Shown: positions 29,037 to 38,420, counted from the stretch's first letter. The stretch: DNA of 64,000 nt from a bacterium (GCA_021788365.1 JAJYKS010000003.1:73810-137809); one strand, 5' to 3'. Numbers and translations are program-made. Notes: a model not told the origin generated them from the letters alone.

Positions 29037-29112
29037 GGTGGGCCAGCCTGGACTCGAACCAGGAACCTTGAAGGTATAAGCTTCCTGCGCTAACCAATTG
29101 CGCCACTGGCCC
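29037..29112 (-). tRNA. tRNA-Ile (anticodon TAT as read)
   Basis: Manual cloverleaf: acceptor GGGCCAG/CTGGCCC, D-arm GCGC/GCGC, anticodon loop CTTATAC, T-arm CCTGG-TTCGAGT-CCAGG; the 3' CC is encoded. Confidence 0.6.
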
Positions 29113-29335
29113 TTCCAGAGGAAATTGTACCACAGGTCACGTGTGCTAGAATGGACCGACATGACGAATACGGTTGACCCAAAGATGATGCAGGCGGGGG
29201 ACAGAGCATTTTGGGATGAGTTTTATCAGCAGAATAATCCAGGTGATCGGTATATTGTGGTGGATACGAAAAAACAGGAAGTGGTGGTACAGAATGCCAA
29301 ACTTGTCCGGGACATGAAGAAGGTGCGGGTTTAGT

Positions 29336-29650
29336 TTATTGACAAGCGAGTAAGTTAAATAATGCGTCCGCGATAATCCATTCTTTCTGAGCTGTGTTCA
29401 TTGAAACTACGAATTCTGCAAACGGCTTTCCAGTTACGCTCTCTAGGTGTTTTTGAGCAGCAATTACTGCTTGCGGCGATGCGGCAAACGTAACTTTTCT
29501 TGGAGGTTTACCATCTTCCCCGTTCATGTGGGCATCGATATAGCTGAAGGTTTGATATCTGTCGGGTACGGATGAGGCACAATATTCTATATAGTTAGAG
29601 AAACATGAGGGAATGGGGGGAGTTTGGATGATTAAAATATCGTGGGTCAC
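29336..29650 (-). CDS. hypothetical protein
   Basis: 104-aa ORF whose start overlaps the stop of the recombinase gene (ATGA); no motif. Confidence 0.35.
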   Translation of the reverse strand: MTHDILIIQTPPIPSCFSNYIEYCASSVPDRYQTFSYIDAHMNGEDGKPPRKVTFAASPQAVIAAQKHLESVTGKPFAEFVVSMNTAQKEWIIADALFNLLACQ

Positions 29651-30525
29651 AGTTCGGCGATCTTGATTTTCTTGGGTTCGGATTTGGCTCCGTTTAAGAA
29701 TTCGAGGTATTTTTCAGTGGTTGAGAGTCGCTTGTGACCTACCATGTGGGAGAGCTCGACAATCGGGACGCCAGCCTTTAGTTGTTCGACGACAAAAGTG
29801 TGGCGGAGATCGTTGACCTTTGCCCCTTCAATCCCTGCGATTCTGAAGTAACGGTTCACGGCGGTACGAATGTTGCGAATTAGGAAGGGATTGCCGGTTT
29901 TGGTGACGAATAGCGTGGTGTTCTTGGTGCGAGGACGGTCTTTGACATACATTTCGATTGCGTCTTTTGCTGTCTTATTGAGGGGGACTTTGCGTGCGTC
30001 GTGACTCTCATAGGCACGGACTTTGAGGAAACTTTTTTCTATGGAAATGTCTTGCAGTTGGATGGCTGCGAGCTCGCCGATGCGAAGTCCAGTCTGGAGC
30101 AAAAGCTCGACAATGGCGTACATGCGGATATCACCTTTAGCTGCGTCGCGGAGGGCGCGATATTCTAGGGGAGAGAGGACGCGGGGTGGGGTAATCTCGT
30201 ATTTGGGGTGGGAGACACTGGAAGCAGGACTTGATGCGACGGCACTAACACTAATCAGGTATTTGAAAAATGACTTAATGGAATTTAGCTTGCGGGAGAT
30301 ACTTTTTAGGGTGTATTTTTCGTCTTTAAGGCTTTGTTTAAAAGATTCGAGGTGGTCGCTCGTCACTGCTGAGGCTTCTATTACCCCTTGTTTTCCCAGG
30401 AATTCGATAAGCTGATCTAGATCTTTGGCATAGGCAAGGATGGTCGCTCCGGCGCGGCCATTCTTCTGGAGATATTTGATAAACTCTGCTTTTTGTGGTT
30501 GCATACTAGGTACTCGGGGCAGCAC
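29647..30525 (-). CDS. tyrosine recombinase (XerC/XerD-like)
   Basis: 292 aa; N-terminal core-binding domain and C-terminal catalytic residues (R...HxxR in LRHTFVV, GHKRLSTTEKY with the catalytic Y). Confidence 0.8.
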   Translation of the reverse strand: MLPRVPSMQPQKAEFIKYLQKNGRAGATILAYAKDLDQLIEFLGKQGVIEASAVTSDHLESFKQSLKDEKYTLKSISRKLNSIKSFFKYLISVSAVASSPASSVSHPKYEITPPRVLSPLEYRALRDAAKGDIRMYAIVELLLQTGLRIGELAAIQLQDISIEKSFLKVRAYESHDARKVPLNKTAKDAIEMYVKDRPRTKNTTLFVTKTGNPFLIRNIRTAVNRYFRIAGIEGAKVNDLRHTFVVEQLKAGVPIVELSHMVGHKRLSTTEKYLEFLNGAKSEPKKIKIAEL

Positions 30526-30569
30526 GAATTTTTCGTAACTCGGCTAATAATACTATATTATGGGTCATA

Positions 30570-30950
30570 ATGCAATCCCCTGGTGTAGAGGAATATATGC
30601 GGAAAGTATTCTTATATCTCATTATCTTCTTTCAGATCTTGCTTATTATCTCTCTTGTGCAGGGGATACGGGCGTCTCTCAAGTCGCAGCAGCGAGTGTC
30701 AACCCTCACTGCCATGAGGCAGTCGCTCGAGGAAACTAGGCAGAAGTTGTTGCAGGAATACCAATATGTGCAGAGTCCGTATTATCTTGAGGAGATGGCA
30801 CGGGATCAACTTCATCTCTCCAAGCCAGGGGAAACGGTTGTGATCGTACCTCAAGGGGCAGTTGCGACAGCGTCAGCTGCGCCTACTAGCACAGAACACT
30901 TATACCAGGCTAATTGGCAGAAGTGGTGGGGTGTAATCACGGGAGAGTAG
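30570..30950 (+). CDS. FtsB/DivIC-like septum formation initiator (TM + coiled coil)
   Basis: 126 aa; single TM followed by a heptad-rich segment (SLKSQQRVSTLTAMRQSLEETRQKLLQEYQYVQ) and DQLHLSKPGE typical of FtsB/DivIC. Confidence 0.55.
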   Translation: MQSPGVEEYMRKVFLYLIIFFQILLIISLVQGIRASLKSQQRVSTLTAMRQSLEETRQKLLQEYQYVQSPYYLEEMARDQLHLSKPGETVVIVPQGAVATASAAPTSTEHLYQANWQKWWGVITGE

Positions 30951-31045
30951 TCGCCTGGAGGACCGTTCGCCCCTACACTGCACAAAAAGTATCTTCCAGA
31001 CGGTTGGTACTCTATTCCAGATTTGTGATGATAAAATAGGAATGT

Positions 31046-31187
31046 GGAGAGTGGGCAGGACGGTAATGCGCGAGTCTTGAAAACTCGTGTCCGTAAGGAC
31101 TAACAGGTTCGACCCCTGTACTCTCCGCCGAGATAACAGGCTACAGTCCTGAGCTTGTCGAAGGATTCGACCCCTGTACTCTCCGCC
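31046..31187. repeat. left arm of a long inverted repeat (IR-L) with 1.4 copies of a 58-bp tandem unit
   Basis: ggagagtgggcaggacggtaatgcgcgagtcttgaaaactcgtgtccgtaaggactaacaggttcgacccctgtactctccgcc gagataacaggctacagtcctgagcttgtcgaaggattcgacccctgtactctccgcc. Its reverse complement is found at 33231-33429. Confidence 0.8.
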
Positions 31188-31205
31188 ATAAAAGGAGGTA
31201 GCGAT

Positions 31206-31808
31206 ATGCAGAAGACCACACTTGAGGAGCATTCGGCCGGGGGAGTGGTTTTTCGCTATACGCGAAAAACAGGAGATAGGAGAGAGATTCTAGATTCTAG
31301 CGAAGTAGAATTTTTGTTGGGGAAACATAGCGGGTATCACAAATGGGTGTTACCCAAGGGGCTGGTGGAGCGGGGTGAGACGCACGAGGAGGCTGCAGCG
31401 CGGGAGGTAGCGGAGGAGGTGGGGGTGCGGGCTAGAATCGTGGATGTAGCGCCTCTCAAGACCATTACGTATTGGTACTACGCCGATTTTGGGGATCCTT
31501 CGACAAGCTCAGGACTAGTAGGAAAATCGGCAACGGGTGAGGCGAGCGCGCGGCGGGTGAAGACCTATCAGGAGTCGCCTGACTTCGCCAAGGCTACGTC
31601 GGGTAAAAGTGGTGGCAAGGTGCGGGCGCACAAAACGGTGACGTTTTACCTCATGGAAGCGGAAAGTGATTTGGGAAAAGAGGGATGGGAGATGGAGGAG
31701 CGAAAGTGGGTCTCGTATGATGAGGGGATGCAGCTTCTGGCGTTTGATACGGAGCGAGAAGTGTTTGAGGTAGCGGGGGAAGCCCTTCGACTGCGTTCAG
31801 GGTTATAA
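31206..31808 (+). CDS. NUDIX hydrolase with a low-complexity internal insertion
   Basis: Start trimmed to MQKTTLEEHSAGG (RBS aaaggagg upstream). The 5' part of the track ORF lies in the repeat and is spurious. Nudix box GLVERGETHEEAAAREVAEEVGV. The insert region DPSTSSGLVGKSATGEAS contains a 22-nt copy of the flanking repeat. Confidence 0.7.
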   Translation: MQKTTLEEHSAGGVVFRYTRKTGDRREILDSSEVEFLLGKHSGYHKWVLPKGLVERGETHEEAAAREVAEEVGVRARIVDVAPLKTITYWYYADFGDPSTSSGLVGKSATGEASARRVKTYQESPDFAKATSGKSGGKVRAHKTVTFYLMEAESDLGKEGWEMEERKWVSYDEGMQLLAFDTEREVFEVAGEALRLRSGL

Positions 31809-31867
31809 ATTCTGTGCCTCTGGTCAGAATTGTCAGCCATAGGCTGATCGGTCTTTGACCGAAACTG

Positions 31868-31939
31868 TGCTCCTGCCGAGACTTGAACTCGGATTTCATC
31901 CTCCGGAGGGACGCGTCCTATCCATTAGACTACAGAAGC
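31868..31939 (-). tRNA. tRNA-Arg (anticodon CCG)
   Basis: Manual cloverleaf: acceptor GCTTCTG/CAGGAGC (one G-U), anticodon stem CGTCC/GGATG, loop CTCCGGA, T-arm CCGAG-TTCAAGT-CTCGG. Confidence 0.75.
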
Positions 31940-31952
31940 AACCGTTGTGATG

Positions 31953-32024
31953 TGCGCCTGACTGGAATCGAACCAGTATTGGCAGTTCCGCAAACTGCTG
32001 TCCTATCCGTTGAACGACAAGCGC
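31953..32024 (-). tRNA. tRNA-Arg (anticodon GCG as read; unusual, the usual bacterial isoacceptor is ACG)
   Basis: Manual cloverleaf: acceptor GCGCTTG/CAGGCGC, anticodon stem GCAGT/ACTGC, loop TTGCGGA, T-arm ACTGG-TTCGATT-CCAGT. Confidence 0.65.
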
Positions 32025-32056
32025 ATTCGTGCGCCTATTATACCTCAAGATTTGAG

Positions 32057-32596
32057 TTAACTGTTTTCGAGAGGAACTTTGTCAGAAAGCCACTTGCTGG
32101 CACGATCTACCCAGCTGTCTGCGGGCTTCTCGAGCGGAATTTTGTCGCCGATGGCTTTTATAATTTCTTCACGCTTTTTGGGGTCTACGATCATGAGGAC
32201 AACCCCCGGGAGTGGCTTCTTTGTTTTGCAGATCACCATTTCGGTATCCCATTGTTTTTTGAGCCAAAAATTGGTGAACTCGTCCCATTCGTATAGCTTG
32301 TCGTCGGTGCGAATACCCTTGGTGGTCACCTGATGTTTGGTGTCCTCAGGTTTATTTGCGGCCAGTACGTAGGAGAGAAAGGCGAAGGCGATGATGACCC
32401 CTATTAAAAGGAATTCTTTGAGGAGCAGAAGAATCACGCCAAGCAGGAATGCAATGCTCGCGATCGTTGTGTAGAACTCGCGGGTGCGGGCTTTGTATGG
32501 ACGGGAAGGAGCTGTCCACTCGAGTATAACTTTTTCGACCTTTACACTCTCGGGTATTTTTTCACCGTCGGTGTAGATGGGAGTAGGTGAGACCAT
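32057..32596 (-). CDS. hypothetical membrane protein (two TM helices)
   Basis: 179 aa; hydrophobic stretches IASIAFLLGVILLLL and LIGVIIAFAFLSYVL; no family recognised. Confidence 0.45.
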   Translation of the reverse strand: MVSPTPIYTDGEKIPESVKVEKVILEWTAPSRPYKARTREFYTTIASIAFLLGVILLLLKEFLLIGVIIAFAFLSYVLAANKPEDTKHQVTTKGIRTDDKLYEWDEFTNFWLKKQWDTEMVICKTKKPLPGVVLMIVDPKKREEIIKAIGDKIPLEKPADSWVDRASKWLSDKVPLENS

Positions 32597-32613
32597 AGTA
32601 GCAGTATAGCAGA

Positions 32614-33225
32614 CTAGGAATGTATATGTTCCTTGACCGTCGAGATTAGCATGTGGAGTGACGGATCGTTGTATCCTTCAGGGATGATTATGTCTGCGAC
32701 TCGTTTACTGGGCTCTACAAATTCGAGGTGCATCGGACGGACGGTGTCCTGATATTGTTTGAGGACGGATTCGATGGTGCGGCCGCGTTCGGCGGTATCG
32801 CGCCGTAGACGTCGAATAAAGCGAACGTCGGCTTCGGTGTCGACAAAGATTTTCATATCGAAAAGTGGCAATAGCTCGGGGTAGGCGAGGGTGAGAATAC
32901 CTTCCACCACTATGACCGGAGTTGGCTCTAAGCGGACGGTTTTCTCTTCCCTTGTATGGGTGGCAAAATTATAGATGGGGCGGTCAATGGCCACTCCTTT
33001 ACGAAGTACGGTGAGATGTTTTATAAGGAGTTCTACTTCGAGCGCCCGGGGATGGTCAAAGTTGTTTTTTGTGCGCTCCTCGATGGATAGGTTGGAGAGG
33101 TCGTGGTAGTAGTTGTCGAAGGCAATGAGCGTCACCTCGTGAGCGCCAAACTTGCCGACCAGATTCTCGGCTATGGTGGTTTTTCCGGAGCCGGTTCCAC
33201 CGGCTATACCTATTGTGTACGTCAT
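32614..33225 (-). CDS. udk: uridine kinase
   Basis: MTYTIGIAGGTGSGKTTIAENL P-loop; about 203 aa; start codon abuts IR-R. Confidence 0.85.
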   Translation of the reverse strand: MTYTIGIAGGTGSGKTTIAENLVGKFGAHEVTLIAFDNYYHDLSNLSIEERTKNNFDHPRALEVELLIKHLTVLRKGVAIDRPIYNFATHTREEKTVRLEPTPVIVVEGILTLAYPELLPLFDMKIFVDTEADVRFIRRLRRDTAERGRTIESVLKQYQDTVRPMHLEFVEPSKRVADIIIPEGYNDPSLHMLISTVKEHIHS

Positions 33226-33230
33226 ATGTA

Positions 33231-33429
33231 GCGGAGAGTACAGGGGTCGAATCCTTCGACAAGCTCAGGACTGTAGCCTGTTATCTCGGCGGAGAGTACA
33301 GGGGTTGAATCCTTCGACAAGCTCAGGACTGTAGCCTGTTATCTCGGCGGAGAGTACAGGGGTCGAACCTGTTAGTCCTTACGGACACGAGTTTTCGAAA
33401 CTCGCGCATTACCGTCCTGCCCACTCTCC
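33231..33429. repeat. right arm of the long inverted repeat (IR-R) with 2.4 copies of the 58-bp tandem unit
   Basis: Units at 33233-33290 and 33291-33348 plus a partial third, then ...cgcgcattaccgtcctgcccactctcc; reverse complement of IR-L with one extra unit and a few substitutions. Confidence 0.8.
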
Positions 33430-33491
33430 TACGCTAAAGCTACGGAGAGCAAGCTCTCCTGACTTTATTGGATAATTTTAGCAGACGAAGG

Positions 33492-33962
33492 CTAATACCC
33501 GGTGGGAGGCTTGGTTTTCTTGCCAAGCTGGGGGAAGGGGTGGGATTGAAGGAAGGCATGTATCACGTCTACTGCTTTGAGCAATTCATTTAGGTTACCG
33601 TCGCGCGAAACCACGAGATCCTGGCAGTACTTTTCGGTTTTCGTCCAGTCGTTCTTAAACGTTTGATTTATATCTTTCCATTCAATATCGGCGAGGAGAG
33701 CCGCCGCCGTCTCGGAAAAAGGGACGACGCCGATTTTCATGAGGTAGGCGATAGCAGGATAGCCGAGGTAGTCCTGCCAGTAGCTCCCATTGTCGTTTGT
33801 CATGATAGCCCCCGTTTTGGGGTCGTATGACACTGTGTAGTATTTATTGCGGGAGGAGCTGTAAACTTTTGCCGTGTTTTCTAAGACCTCGATACGTCCA
33901 TCGGCAAGCGCCCCCAACGCTTCGTAGATTTTAATTCTCGGTGGAAGTTTCCAGGAAGCCAT
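33492..33962 (-). CDS. hypothetical protein
   Basis: Start trimmed to MASWKLPPRIK so it does not overlap tRNA-Ser; no motif. Confidence 0.4.
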   Translation of the reverse strand: MASWKLPPRIKIYEALGALADGRIEVLENTAKVYSSSRNKYYTVSYDPKTGAIMTNDNGSYWQDYLGYPAIAYLMKIGVVPFSETAAALLADIEWKDINQTFKNDWTKTEKYCQDLVVSRDGNLNELLKAVDVIHAFLQSHPFPQLGKKTKPPTGY

Positions 33963-33985
33963 ATACCTGTATAATACATATATCT

Positions 33986-34070
33986 GGAGGAGTCGCCTAG
34001 CGGCTATGGCACAGCATTGGAAATGCTGCGTGCGCAAGCACTCGCGGGTTCGAGTCCCGCCTCCTCCGCC
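33986..34070 (+). tRNA. tRNA-Ser (anticodon GGA), class II with a long variable arm
   Basis: Manual cloverleaf: acceptor GGAGGAG/CTCCTCC, discriminator G, anticodon loop TTGGAAA, 16-nt variable arm, T-arm GCGGG-TTCGAGT-CCCGC. Confidence 0.8.
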
Positions 34071-34120
34071 TTTGTTCTTACTTCGGCGGACAGGTCCGCA
34101 GGAAGGGTATAATTAGCGGT

Positions 34121-34744
34121 ATGCAACTTTTATTCGACGCGACCGATTTTGAGGCGCCATACACAAATCTTGTGTTCCCTGGCAAGGCAGAAGATGAAAA
34201 GCTCCTGTATGTGACCCGCGAAGCACCGCTTGTGCTGTCTGTACGCCTTACAACGTTTTTCTTGATTGTTGCTCTGGGAATGGTGGCAGGTTCTATTATG
34301 CTTTCATATACGGGGAAGCTCATCGGATTTGATACGACTATGATCGTGCTCCTCCTCCTGCTCCTTGGTGCCGTTGTTATTTTTGGCGGATTGTGGTGGA
34401 TATGGCAGGTGTACCGTAAGACCGTGTTTATTATTACCACCCGTCGCCTTACCAAATTTATCCATACGACTCCATGGACACGGTATCAGATGTCACTCGG
34501 CCTTGATAAAGTGGTCGACTCTGCTGCCTATAGCAAGGGCTATGTGCAGGCAATGTTCGGCCTCGGTACGTTTGTCGCGCGTTCCTCGGCCGGAAATATC
34601 AAGAACTTTAAGATTGAGAACATCCACTATGCCGAAGATCTCCACAACTGGATGAACAAACTCATGTTTACCTTTAACAAAGAAATAGAGAAGTTGGACC
34701 AAATGAAGCCATTTGTGGCAAAGCCAATGGGGAAACGGGATTAG
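34121..34744 (+). CDS. hypothetical membrane protein (possibly bacterial PH-like/DUF304-type)
   Basis: 207 aa; two TM helices followed by a soluble domain. Confidence 0.45.
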   Translation: MQLLFDATDFEAPYTNLVFPGKAEDEKLLYVTREAPLVLSVRLTTFFLIVALGMVAGSIMLSYTGKLIGFDTTMIVLLLLLLGAVVIFGGLWWIWQVYRKTVFIITTRRLTKFIHTTPWTRYQMSLGLDKVVDSAAYSKGYVQAMFGLGTFVARSSAGNIKNFKIENIHYAEDLHNWMNKLMFTFNKEIEKLDQMKPFVAKPMGKRD

Positions 34745-34791
34745 GTCGTAGCATAAATCGTAGGCTGTAGAATTGGGAGCAGAGGAGAGAC

Positions 34792-36564
34792 ATGGCAACG
34801 GATCAGGTAGAACTCGTCAAAAGTAAAACAGATATCGTACAAGTCATTGGTGAGCGGGTGACTCTTAAGCGAGCGGGGCGGCATTTCAAGGGACTCTGCC
34901 CCTTCCATTCGGAGAAGTCGCCGTCGTTTATAGTTTCTCCCGAGCGGCAGAGCTTCAAGTGTTTTGGCTGCCAAGAGGGGGGTGATGCGATCGCTTTCTT
35001 ACAAAAATACGACGGCATGAGTTTTTTTGAGGCGCTTGAGTCTTTGGCAAAACGGGCAGGGGTAACGCTCGAGGACTACCGTCCTTCTGCAGCCGATTCT
35101 GAGCGGAAGCGACTCCTTTCCCTTCTATCACTTGCAGCAGAGTATTACCATTATCTGCTCACCAAACATGAGAGCGGGAGAGTGGCGCGTGAGTACCTCA
35201 AAAAGCGTGGGATAACGAATGAAGCGATTTCCCAGTTTTATCTCGGATTTGCTCCAGCACAGTGGCGGAGTGTGTCTGACTTTCTTATCAAGAAAAAGCA
35301 GTACACTCCCCAGGAGCTTGAAAAAACCGGTATGGTCATACGGCAAGAGCGGTCCACTGGGTACTACGACCGGTTCCGTGGGCGGGTTATGTTCCCTCTA
35401 AAAGACCACAAAGGGGTGGTGGTGGGGTTCTCCGGCCGTACGCTCTCTTCGGACACAACGGAAGCCAAGTATATCAATTCACCCGAGACTAGCCTCTATA
35501 GCAAGGGGCGAATGCTTTATGGCCTGTGGGAAAACCGCGAGGCAATACGCAAGGCTGACCAACTCGTACTTGTTGAAGGCGAGCTCGATGTTATCCCATC
35601 GTGGCAGGCTGGGGTAAAACAGGTGGCGGCTATAAAGGGGAGTGCGTTTACCTCCGAGCAGGCGCAGCTCGTGTCTCGCTATACCAAGAACGTCGCGATA
35701 TCACTTGACGCAGATGCTGCGGGACAGGAAGCTATAAAAAGAGCGGTGATAGTTGCAGAACCACTTGACATGAGTATAAGAGTTGTACAAGTGACGGGAG
35801 GGAAGGACCCCGGCGAGGTGGCCAGTGCGAATCCTCGTGCGTGGCGGGAGCAGGTTGCCCGGGCAGCTCTTTACTGGGACTTTCTTTTGGATAGCGCAAT
35901 TGCTCGTCATGATCCGGACAGTGGCGAGGGGACGAGTGCCATCTCGCGTGAGGTAGTGCCAGCTATAGCGGGAATTAGCAATCTGGTCATGCGTGCACAT
36001 TATGTTGGTGAGCTAGCCGCGCGTCTTCATGTTCCGGAGACAAGTATTTATGACGAAATTACGCGTCTAGCCAAACGACGAGAGCTGTCGACGCTCAAAG
36101 AAACGGTAGCAAAGATAGAACGGGGGGCGACAAATCGACGGGAAGAGCTATCTTTATATGTTCTTTCTCTGGCGCTGCAATACTACGACGCCCTCCATGA
36201 ATTTTTTGGAGTGGTACAGAAGACTTGGTTTTCCCATCCTGCCGCCGCCAAGCTCTTTGCCGCTTTGACCGACTGGGATACGAAGCAGCCATTTACCATA
36301 CAGGCTTTTGCCACAAAACTACCTCCAGAGCTCGCACCAACGCTCGACGAATGCTACCTCCGAGACCTCTCTATTCAGGCAGATGAGGCAGTAAAAGAAT
36401 GGCAACACAGCAGTGTGGAGCTTGAGATTTTGGCCATTCGTGATCGACAAAAGGCGCTTGCCTCCGAGATTGCAAAAGCAGAGAGCGGTACGAGTGGGGA
36501 GACTCTCCTGCCACTTCAAGAAGAGTTCTCCCGCCTGTCTCGCCGCTTGTCCGAGATTACGTAA
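34792..36564 (+). CDS. dnaG: DNA primase
   Basis: CHC2 zinc finger ([11 protein letters not shown]...[13 protein letters not shown]), TOPRIM region (LVEGELDV), 590 aa; upstream of rpoD. Confidence 0.85.
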   Translation: MATDQVELVKSKTDIVQVIGERVTLKRAGRHFKGLCPFHSEKSPSFIVSPERQSFKCFGCQEGGDAIAFLQKYDGMSFFEALESLAKRAGVTLEDYRPSAADSERKRLLSLLSLAAEYYHYLLTKHESGRVAREYLKKRGITNEAISQFYLGFAPAQWRSVSDFLIKKKQYTPQELEKTGMVIRQERSTGYYDRFRGRVMFPLKDHKGVVVGFSGRTLSSDTTEAKYINSPETSLYSKGRMLYGLWENREAIRKADQLVLVEGELDVIPSWQAGVKQVAAIKGSAFTSEQAQLVSRYTKNVAISLDADAAGQEAIKRAVIVAEPLDMSIRVVQVTGGKDPGEVASANPRAWREQVARAALYWDFLLDSAIARHDPDSGEGTSAISREVVPAIAGISNLVMRAHYVGELAARLHVPETSIYDEITRLAKRRELSTLKETVAKIERGATNRREELSLYVLSLALQYYDALHEFFGVVQKTWFSHPAAAKLFAALTDWDTKQPFTIQAFATKLPPELAPTLDECYLRDLSIQADEAVKEWQHSSVELEILAIRDRQKALASEIAKAESGTSGETLLPLQEEFSRLSRRLSEIT

Positions 36565-36605
36565 TCTCAAGTATCTGGTATACTACGAGACCAGCGTGCG
36601 GTATC

Positions 36606-37925
36606 ATGGAGGAGTACATGGCAACAAAAAATTCTAAGGCTAGATCACAGAAAAAATCACCGACACGTGTGGCGAAGAAGGTCGCGCCTTTGCGGGCAAA
36701 AAAAGCGATTCCTAAAAGCGTGGCAAAGAAGCCTGCTAAGAAAGCAGCAAAGACTTCAAAGATTTTGTCCTCTAAAACACCCAAAATACTTCCTGCGGTG
36801 CGGCACGCTGCCACCCCAGAAATCCCTGGTCAGGCAATGTCGGACGCACGCCGAAAAAAAGTGCGGGAACTCGTTCTTCATGGTATGAGTCAGGGATATG
36901 TTACCCAAGATGATATCTTTATCCTGTTCCCCGATGCTGAAGATCACATACCCGAACTTGACGATCTTTACGACGAACTTTTGCAAAAGGACATTGACGT
37001 ATTCGAGAGTACCGCCGAGACGCCAGAGGAAGTGGAGGCACGGGCGACCAGTGACCTCGAGAAAGAGCTCGAAGTGTTGTCTACCCTCGATTCGCGCTCT
37101 ATTTCTGACCCTGTCCGTATGTATCTTCGCGAGATTGGACGTATCCCGCTCCTGACGCGCGACCAAGAGATCGAGCTTGCGCAAAAGACGGAAGCAGGAG
37201 ACCAGCGGGCGAAAGACAAACTTACTTCGTCTAATCTGCGACTTGTCGTCTCTATTGCGAAGAAATACATTGGTCGTGGCATGAGCTTCCTGGATCTTAT
37301 ACAGGAGGGGAATAAGGGACTCATACGGGCAGTTGAGAAATACCAGTGGAAGAAGGGATTCAAGTTCTCGACGTACGCGACGTGGTGGATACGCCAGGCT
37401 ATTACCCGTGCCATTGCCGACCAGGCACGTACCATCCGCATACCCGTGCACATGGTGGAGACTATAAACAAGCTGATCCGGGTATCACGCAAGCTCATGC
37501 AGACTCTCGGTCGGGAGCCGACACCCGAAGAGATAGCAGAGAAGATGGAGATCTCTACAGACAAAGTACGAGAGATATTGAAGATTTCGCAAAAGACTAC
37601 TAGTTTGGAGACCCCCATTGGTGACGACGAGGATAGCTATCTCGGCGACTTTATCGAAGACACAAAACAGGCCTCGCCGTATGAGCTTACCTCGCAGCGG
37701 CTACTTCGCGAGAATATTGAAGAAGTTCTATCCGGCCTCTCCGATCGCGAATCAAAAGTGCTCGAGATGCGGTTTGGACTGCGGGGAGCTAAGCCGATGA
37801 CCCTCGAAGAAGTGGGGCGGGAGTTTGGCGTCACCCGCGAGCGTATCCGACAGATTGAAGCCAAGGCTCTACGCAAACTCAAGCATCCCAGCAAGCGACG
37901 CATGCTGCAGGACTACCTCGACTAA
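36606..37925 (+). CDS. rpoD: RNA polymerase sigma-70 factor (primary sigma)
   Basis: Lys/Ala-rich N-terminus; regions 1.2-4 ([16 protein letters not shown]...[41 protein letters not shown]); alternative start at 36618. Confidence 0.85.
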   Translation: MEEYMATKNSKARSQKKSPTRVAKKVAPLRAKKAIPKSVAKKPAKKAAKTSKILSSKTPKILPAVRHAATPEIPGQAMSDARRKKVRELVLHGMSQGYVTQDDIFILFPDAEDHIPELDDLYDELLQKDIDVFESTAETPEEVEARATSDLEKELEVLSTLDSRSISDPVRMYLREIGRIPLLTRDQEIELAQKTEAGDQRAKDKLTSSNLRLVVSIAKKYIGRGMSFLDLIQEGNKGLIRAVEKYQWKKGFKFSTYATWWIRQAITRAIADQARTIRIPVHMVETINKLIRVSRKLMQTLGREPTPEEIAEKMEISTDKVREILKISQKTTSLETPIGDDEDSYLGDFIEDTKQASPYELTSQRLLRENIEEVLSGLSDRESKVLEMRFGLRGAKPMTLEEVGREFGVTRERIRQIEAKALRKLKHPSKRRMLQDYLD

Positions 37926-37963
37926 GTCGAGAGATTCACGATTTAAGATTCAAGATTCACGAA

Positions 37964-38254
37964 TCATTTTCGGCGGGAGCGGCTGCTGCTCTTTTTTGGT
38001 GGTTCGGCGATGAGTGACAGCTTCTCTTTGGCAAATACGAAGAGGTACAGGATCTCGAGTATGCCGAGTGTGTTTATGACCAGAAGGGCGACGAACCAAT
38101 AGCGCTGATCATTTCTCGCGCTTTTCCACAGTGCTAGACCTTTCCACACAAACGTCCAGAGCAGGATGAGGATGAGCCAGCCGCCACCCATGAAAGGTGA
38201 GCCGAGACCCCAGCCGCTGTGCATCATGTCCCAATTGTTCCAGTAGTTCATCAT
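37964..38254 (-). CDS. hypothetical small membrane protein
   Basis: 96 aa; two hydrophobic helices; basic C-terminus. Confidence 0.4.
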   Translation of the reverse strand: MMNYWNNWDMMHSGWGLGSPFMGGGWLILILLWTFVWKGLALWKSARNDQRYWFVALLVINTLGILEILYLFVFAKEKLSLIAEPPKKSSSRSRRK

Positions 38255-38344
38255 AGCGTCTCCTTTTGCCTCGAGGGCAGTTCGTTTAGCGTGTTATAAT
38301 TTCCAGTGTAGCACAACCGTGCTGGTTGACAATTGAATAACCGA

Positions 38345-38420
38345 TCCCCTGTAGCTCAGTCGGTAGAGCGCCTCGCTGTTAACGAGGATGTCGCAGGTTC
38401 GAGCCCTGCCGGGGGAGCCA
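38345..38420 (+). tRNA. tRNA-Asn (anticodon GTT)
   Basis: Manual cloverleaf: acceptor TCCCCTG/CGGGGGA, D-arm GCTC/GAGC, anticodon loop CTGTTAA, T-arm GCAGG-TTCGAGC-CCTGC, encoded CCA. Confidence 0.85.

Noticed and set aside
31155-31205. MSKDSTPVLSA... N-terminal extension of the NUDIX ORF and the 68-aa ORF 33056-33262 (-) with the same peptide
   Set aside because: Both are read from the inverted repeat, which explains the identical peptide on both arms; the real starts are MQKTT (31206) and MTYTIG of udk (33225).
31046-33429. Repeat/spacer-like layout (22-bp repeat alternating with 36-bp segments) that could be mistaken for a mini CRISPR array
   Set aside because: The 'spacers' are identical to one another and the arrays are inverted copies of each other, so this is a tandem 58-bp unit inside a long inverted repeat, not CRISPR. 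No cas genes are present.
36756-37618. Antisense ORFs 36756-37451 (-) and 36968-37618 (-) within rpoD
   Set aside because: Embedded in the highly conserved rpoD coding sequence; the translations are Arg/Ser-rich nonsense.
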